Positions 7,213-11,136 of a stretch of DNA of 11,136 nucleotides are shown here, in pieces. Each line of letters starts with the position of its first letter. The first letter of the stretch is position 1. The position numbers and the translations under genes are program-made. The notes beneath the pieces are model-generated. The model did no database searches. It was given only the letters and a program-made list of their open reading frames with translations, and was not told where the DNA came from. Source of the stretch: an uncultured delta proteobacterium (GTDB lineage: Bacteria > Myxococcota_A > Polyangia > Polyangiales > Polyangiaceae); NCBI GenBank assembly GCA_963850305.1, contig CAWKKR010000010.1, positions 1 through 11,136 of the forward strand, in the 5' to 3' direction.

Positions 7213-7229
7213 AGCACGGCGCATGCCAG
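7213..7229 (-). promoter_or_regulatory. Sigma54 (RpoN) -24/-12 promoter for the L-domain lipoprotein/cytochrome c operon
   Basis: Minus strand CTGGCATGCGCCGTGCT versus consensus YTGGCACG-N4-TTGCW, with exact GG-N10-GC spacing. Predicted +1 is near 7202, about 50 nt upstream of ATG 7153. An AT tract (CTTTTAAG) lies just upstream. Confidence 0.7.
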
Positions 7230-7277
7230 GCGAAGAACCCCCTTAAAAGAGCGCTCCCCGCCCCCGTCGCGGCCGCT

Positions 7278-7321
7278 CCGTCGCGAGTTCCGGACGGTCT
7301 GGTGTCCGGGGTTCCGGACAC
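7278..7321. promoter_or_regulatory. Two tandem palindromic sites, candidate enhancer (UAS) for a sigma54 activator
   Basis: GTGTCCGG-GGTT-CCGGACAC (7302-7321) is a perfect 8-bp dyad. CCGTCGCG-AGTT-CCGGACGG (7278-7297) is a 6/8 dyad. Both contain GTTCCGGAC and their centres are 24 bp apart. Confidence 0.6.
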
Positions 7322-7573
7322 TCCCGCGATGCTCATCGCTCGCGCAGCGGAACCTGGTCCGTGGCGCAGCTCGGAAAGTCCACGCACGCCTCGCCGCTGC
7401 AGCCCGGCGCCACGCGATATTCGCTCTCCCCGAGCAGCTGAGCGCACCCCGCCGCCAAGGAAGAGCACAGGAGGCACGCCTACCCGATGAGATCGGCCGG
7501 GCGCGAACAGTCAGGTGCGCACGGGAGAAATTGGCCGGAAACGGAGGCCGTGTCATGGTCATCCGAGTTCACG

Positions 7574-8422
7574 ATGTGCCGACTCTTCGGGTTTCGCAGC
7601 GTCATTCCGAGCCAGGTGCATAAGTCTCTCCTTCTGGCCGAAAACGCGCTCGGTGCGCAGAGCAATCAGCACCCGGACGGGTGGGGGGTTGCGTTCTATG
7701 TCGACGGGGCACCGCACGTGGCGCGAAGCCCCAGCGTGGCGATGGGCGATCAACTCTTTCATCGATTGAGCGGGGTCGTGTCGAGTCAGACGGTGCTCGC
7801 GCACGTGCGGAAGGCGACTCACGGCGACAAGACGGTCCTCAACTGCCATCCGTTCCAGTACGGGCGGTGGGTGTTCGCGCACAACGGAGACGTGGTCGAT
7901 TTCGACCGGCATCGGGCCGCGCTGCTCGATCGCATTGCTCCTGAGCTTCGGCGCTTCATTCTCGGCGAGACGGACAGCGAGGTCGTTTTTTTCATGATCC
8001 TGACGGAACTTCGCGCGCACGGACCGCTCGTCGCGGAGCGCTCGGTGGAGCAGATCGCGGACGCCGTTCGGAACGCGACCACGATCGTGCGCGACATCAG
8101 CGACACCGGCGTCCAGAGTTCGTCGTTGACCATCGTCATCACCAACGGCGACACGCTCGTCGCCGCCCACGGCGGGAAGGAACTATTTCTCTCGACCTAC
8201 AAGACCCGCTGCTCGGACCGTGAACGGTGTCGCAGCCTCTCGGCCGAGTGCGAAGCGCCGACGGTCAACGGGCGCGTGAACCATTGCATCGTGTCGAGCG
8301 AGCCCCTCCAGGGGGAGAATGTGTGGCTCCCGCTCGAGCAAGGGGATGTCGTCGGCATCGACGCCCGGATGCAGCTCTATCGCGATACGCCGCGACGAAG
8401 CCCGCTCCCCGTCGTCGCCTGA
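7574..8422 (+). CDS. Class II glutamine amidotransferase / Ntn-hydrolase (YafJ/EgtC/DUG3-like)
   Basis: Start set at ATG 7574 so that the nucleophilic Cys is N-terminal (MCRLFG); 282 aa. Motifs HPDGWG, AHVRKAT, NCHPF, FAHNG, GETDSE and VSSEPL. Confidence 0.9.
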   Translation: MCRLFGFRSVIPSQVHKSLLLAENALGAQSNQHPDGWGVAFYVDGAPHVARSPSVAMGDQLFHRLSGVVSSQTVLAHVRKATHGDKTVLNCHPFQYGRWVFAHNGDVVDFDRHRAALLDRIAPELRRFILGETDSEVVFFMILTELRAHGPLVAERSVEQIADAVRNATTIVRDISDTGVQSSSLTIVITNGDTLVAAHGGKELFLSTYKTRCSDRERCRSLSAECEAPTVNGRVNHCIVSSEPLQGENVWLPLEQGDVVGIDARMQLYRDTPRRSPLPVVA

Positions 8423-8425
8423 CGC

Positions 8426-9844
8426 TCAGCTCTGCATGCTCTTGATCTCGAGGAACTCCTCGAGGCCCCACTTGCCGTATTCGCGCCCTCGGCCCGATTG
8501 TTTGAAACCTCCGAACGGCGCGAGCGGATTGAAATTCGCGCCGTTGATGTCGATCTGCCCGGTGCGGATGCGACGGGCCACGCGTTTCGCGCGCTCGGGG
8601 TCGCCCGACCACACGCCTCCTGCGAGCCCGTAGAGCGAGTCGTTGGCGATCTTGATCGCGTCTTCCTCGTTCTCGTAGGGGATGATGCAGAGCACCGGCC
8701 CGAAGATCTCCTGCTGCGCTATGGTCATGCTATTTTTCACGTTCGCGAACACGGTCGGCTTCACGAAGTAGCCCTTCGGCAGCTGTTCGGGTTGCTCCGG
8801 GCCGCCGGTGACGAGCGTGGCGCCTTCCTCGATCCCCTTGCGGATGTACCCGCGGACACGATCCTGCTGTGTCTTCGACACGAGGGGGCCGAGCCGGGTG
8901 CTCGCCTCGAACGCGCTGCCGGGTTGGAACTTCTCCGCCGCTTGCTTCGCGAGGGCGACGGCTTCGTCGTGTCTGTCCTTGGGAACGAGCATGCGCGTCC
9001 ACGCCGAGCAGGTCTGGCCCGAGTTGAGGAAGCAGTTCTGCACGCCCGCCTTGACGGCTTTTCCGAGGTCAGCGTCATCGAGGATGACGTTCGCGCTCTT
9101 ACCGCCGAGTTCCAGCGCGACGCGCTTGACGGTCTTCGACGCGACCTCGCTCACGCGTTTCCCGGCGTTCGTCGAGCCCGTGAAGCTCACCATGTCGACT
9201 TCCGGGTGGCTCGAGATCGCCTCTCCGACCGTCGCGCCGTCGCCGCTCACCAGGTTGAAGACGCCCCGCGGGAGCCGCACCGAGTCCACGATCTCCGCAA
9301 GGATGAAGGCACTCAGCGGGGCAACCTCGCTCGGCTTGAGTACGACCGTACATCCGGCGGCCATCGCGGGCGCCACCTTCGCGGCAATCTGGTGAAGCGG
9401 GTAGTTCCATGGCGTGATGCATCCGACGACCCCGACCGGCTCTTTGATGATGAGTGACGGCCCCGCTTGCTCCTCGAATTCGTACGTTGCCGCCAGCTTC
9501 GCCGTCGCACCGAACGTCAGCGTCGGGAGGCCCGCCTGGATCATGGTGCTCAGAGGAACGGGCATGCCCACCTCTCCGGCGATGGTCTCCGCGATTTCTT
9601 GCGCTCTCGCGGCGAGGCCGGCCTGGATCTTCTCGAGAAATTCGGCGCGCTCCTTCGGCGCGGTTCGCGACCAGCCGTCGAACGCGGCCCTGGCGGCCCT
9701 GACGGCTCGATCGACGTCCGAAACGTCGCCCGCGGGAACGCGCCCCATGACCTCTTCCGTGGAGGAGTTCACGACGTCGAACGATCCCTTGCCCGACGGT
9801 GGAGTCCACTCGCCGCCGATGTAGAGTTTCTCGTGAGTCTTCAT
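8426..9844 (-). CDS. NAD(P)-dependent aldehyde dehydrogenase
   Basis: 472 aa with GAAGGAAG RBS. Motifs [24 protein letters not shown] (catalytic Glu), NSGQTCSA (catalytic Cys), EIFGPV and PFGGFKQSG. Confidence 0.96.
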   Translation of the reverse strand: MKTHEKLYIGGEWTPPSGKGSFDVVNSSTEEVMGRVPAGDVSDVDRAVRAARAAFDGWSRTAPKERAEFLEKIQAGLAARAQEIAETIAGEVGMPVPLSTMIQAGLPTLTFGATAKLAATYEFEEQAGPSLIIKEPVGVVGCITPWNYPLHQIAAKVAPAMAAGCTVVLKPSEVAPLSAFILAEIVDSVRLPRGVFNLVSGDGATVGEAISSHPEVDMVSFTGSTNAGKRVSEVASKTVKRVALELGGKSANVILDDADLGKAVKAGVQNCFLNSGQTCSAWTRMLVPKDRHDEAVALAKQAAEKFQPGSAFEASTRLGPLVSKTQQDRVRGYIRKGIEEGATLVTGGPEQPEQLPKGYFVKPTVFANVKNSMTIAQQEIFGPVLCIIPYENEEDAIKIANDSLYGLAGGVWSGDPERAKRVARRIRTGQIDINGANFNPLAPFGGFKQSGRGREYGKWGLEEFLEIKSMQS

Positions 9845-9880
9845 GGTCGTCTTCCTTCGTAGGGTGCGTTTACGAGGCGA

Positions 9881-9909
9881 AAGGTCCGGGCGCGCTCGCG
9901 CGAAGTCAA
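9881..9909 (-). promoter_or_regulatory. Possible sigma70-type promoter of the aldehyde dehydrogenase gene
   Basis: TTGACT (9909-9904), 17 nt, GACCTT (9886-9881). Good -35, weak -10. Confidence 0.3.
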
Positions 9910-9952
9910 GGCTTGCCGTGTCACGTCAGCCGGCGCCTCGACGCCTCGAGGT

Positions 9953-11136
9953 TCAAAAGTCGCGATCGCGCAGCGCCTCCGGCAACAGCCGGCTCGGCTT
10001 GTCGGTCGTCAAGAGCCAGAGCTGGTGGGCTGCGCGAGTCGCACCGATGTGAAGAAGGTGCCGAGCCTCGTGGTCGTCCGGGTAGCTGGCTTCGTTGGCT
10101 TCGACGAGGACGACATAGTCGAACTCGAGTCCTTTCACCTGCCGGACGTCGGTGACGTCGATGCCCGGCTTGAAGGGAAAGTCCTGCTCGGCGATCCGTC
10201 GCACGTGTGGCGTCTCTGCCTTCCTCAAACCACCGAAGAATAGATCGGCTTGCTCGGGGTAGCGGGCGATCACCGCGACGGATGCCTGCGGTTCGTCGTG
10301 CATCAGCTGTCTCAAGCCTTCAGCCAGAAATCCTACGGCGTCGCCGCTGTGCGAAAACCGGAAGAGTTCGACGGGGGCCCCGCCGCGCGTTGCGCGAGGT
10401 GCGTCCGCGTCCGCAAGTGGCCCCAGCACCGAGCGAGAGAATTCGATGATCGGCTCGGTGGAACGGTAGCTGACCCGCAACGGTTCGATCTCGACGTGAG
10501 ACAGCCCGAGCTCGCCGAGCACGCCCTGCCAGCTCGAAAATCCGTTGTTCATGTGGAGACGCTGGGCGACGTCGCCCGAGAGGGTCACGCTTTGCCCTCG
10601 GCTCACCGTCGCGAGCACCACGCCGAGCTCGACCGGGCTCAGATCCTGCGCCTCGTCGACCAGGACGTGCTCGTAGACGAGAGCTTCCTTCGTCGAGCCC
10701 CGCAGCAGGGGGCCTCGCAATTTCTGAACGAGCGTGAGGAGGATCGCGTCGTCCTCGTGATCGAGAGCGGCGATCTCGTCGAGCGTTGCCCCATCGACGC
10801 CGTGGGTCGGCGCGTCGTCCGCCTCTGCGGGGTGATCGTGGCCTTCGTGGCCGTCGTCGCTGCCTGCAGCGCCCTTCGGACGGCGCGCCTTCTTGCGAGG
10901 CGCGCCGTCGTCGTCCTTCTCCGACGCTCGTTCGCCGGCCTCGCGCTTCTCGTCGACTTCGGCGACCGCAAGCGAACACCTGAAGTTGCACCACTCCAGC
11001 GCCGCGCCGAGCTCGTTCAGCGAGAACGCCCCGGGTGAATGGGCCGCGAAGGCGGCCTCGACGAGCGGTCGGTCCGTGAGGAGCTCCGACCACGCCGTCA
11101 CGGTGTCGCGGGCGTCGCGCAGCTCCGTATTCACGA
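9953..11136 (-). CDS. HelD-like / UvrD superfamily 1 helicase-ATPase, C-terminal part (5' end outside the window)
   Basis: Frame is open to the window edge. Motifs VLVDEAQDLS (Walker B), GDVAQ (III), SYRST (IV), VKGLEFD (V) and GATRA (VI). The short motif IV-V distance (no 2B domain) fits HelD rather than UvrD/PcrA. Confidence 0.88.
   Translation of the reverse strand, partial: VNTELRDARDTVTAWSELLTDRPLVEAAFAAHSPGAFSLNELGAALEWCNFRCSLAVAEVDEKREAGERASEKDDDGAPRKKARRPKGAAGSDDGHEGHDHPAEADDAPTHGVDGATLDEIAALDHEDDAILLTLVQKLRGPLLRGSTKEALVYEHVLVDEAQDLSPVELGVVLATVSRGQSVTLSGDVAQRLHMNNGFSSWQGVLGELGLSHVEIEPLRVSYRSTEPIIEFSRSVLGPLADADAPRATRGGAPVELFRFSHSGDAVGFLAEGLRQLMHDEPQASVAVIARYPEQADLFFGGLRKAETPHVRRIAEQDFPFKPGIDVTDVRQVKGLEFDYVVLVEANEASYPDDHEARHLLHIGATRAAHQLWLLTTDKPSRLLPEALRDRDF

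Noticed and set aside
7179..7562. Small ORFs in the divergent intergenic region (7179-7562, 7211-7477, 7189-7623)
   Set aside because: Arg/Ala/Pro-rich with no motif or clear RBS, and they overlap the sigma54 promoter and dyads.
5333..8422. Ergothioneine or thiol biosynthesis cluster (cysE plus EgtC-like gene)
   Set aside because: The genes are divergent, separated by unrelated genes, and egtA, egtB, egtD and egtE are absent from the window.
9934..9949. Tandem repeat CGCCTCGA x2 after the helicase stop
   Set aside because: Only two 8-bp GC-rich units; plausible by chance and not CRISPR- or REP-like.
1476..11038. Long antisense ORFs (1476-2456, 2461-3147, 3347-3991, 4288-5211, 5075-6118, 6552-7490, 7559-8170, 8498-9457, 10250-11038)
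   Set aside because: Shadow frames of recognisable genes, expected in high-GC DNA, with no motifs of their own.

Overview
GC-rich bacterial DNA whose gene content (tandem PilT paralogues, Cys-rich lipoproteins, a PHM-like lipoprotein, a sigma54 promoter) suggests Myxococcota/Polyangia; this taxonomy is an inference. Twelve genes are visible, all on the minus strand except one. From right to left: a 5'-truncated HelD/UvrD-like SF1 ATPase; an aldehyde dehydrogenase; a class II glutamine amidotransferase (Ntn hydrolase, plus strand); a sigma54-type promoter with tandem palindromic enhancer-like sites in front of a receptor-L-domain-like lipoprotein and a monoheme cytochrome c; serine O-acetyltransferase (cysE); a lipoprotein with all six copper ligands of PHM/DBH-type monooxygenases; a 12-Cys lipoprotein; tatA; a YdcF/DUF218 (ElyC-like) protein; and two translationally coupled PilT ATPases. 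The first PilT has a degenerate MshEN-like N-terminus that is hidden by a 2-nt frameshift. The second PilT (1-702, absent from the ORF track) carries about six frameshifts, more likely sequence errors than true decay. No rRNA, tRNA, CRISPR array or mobile element was seen.
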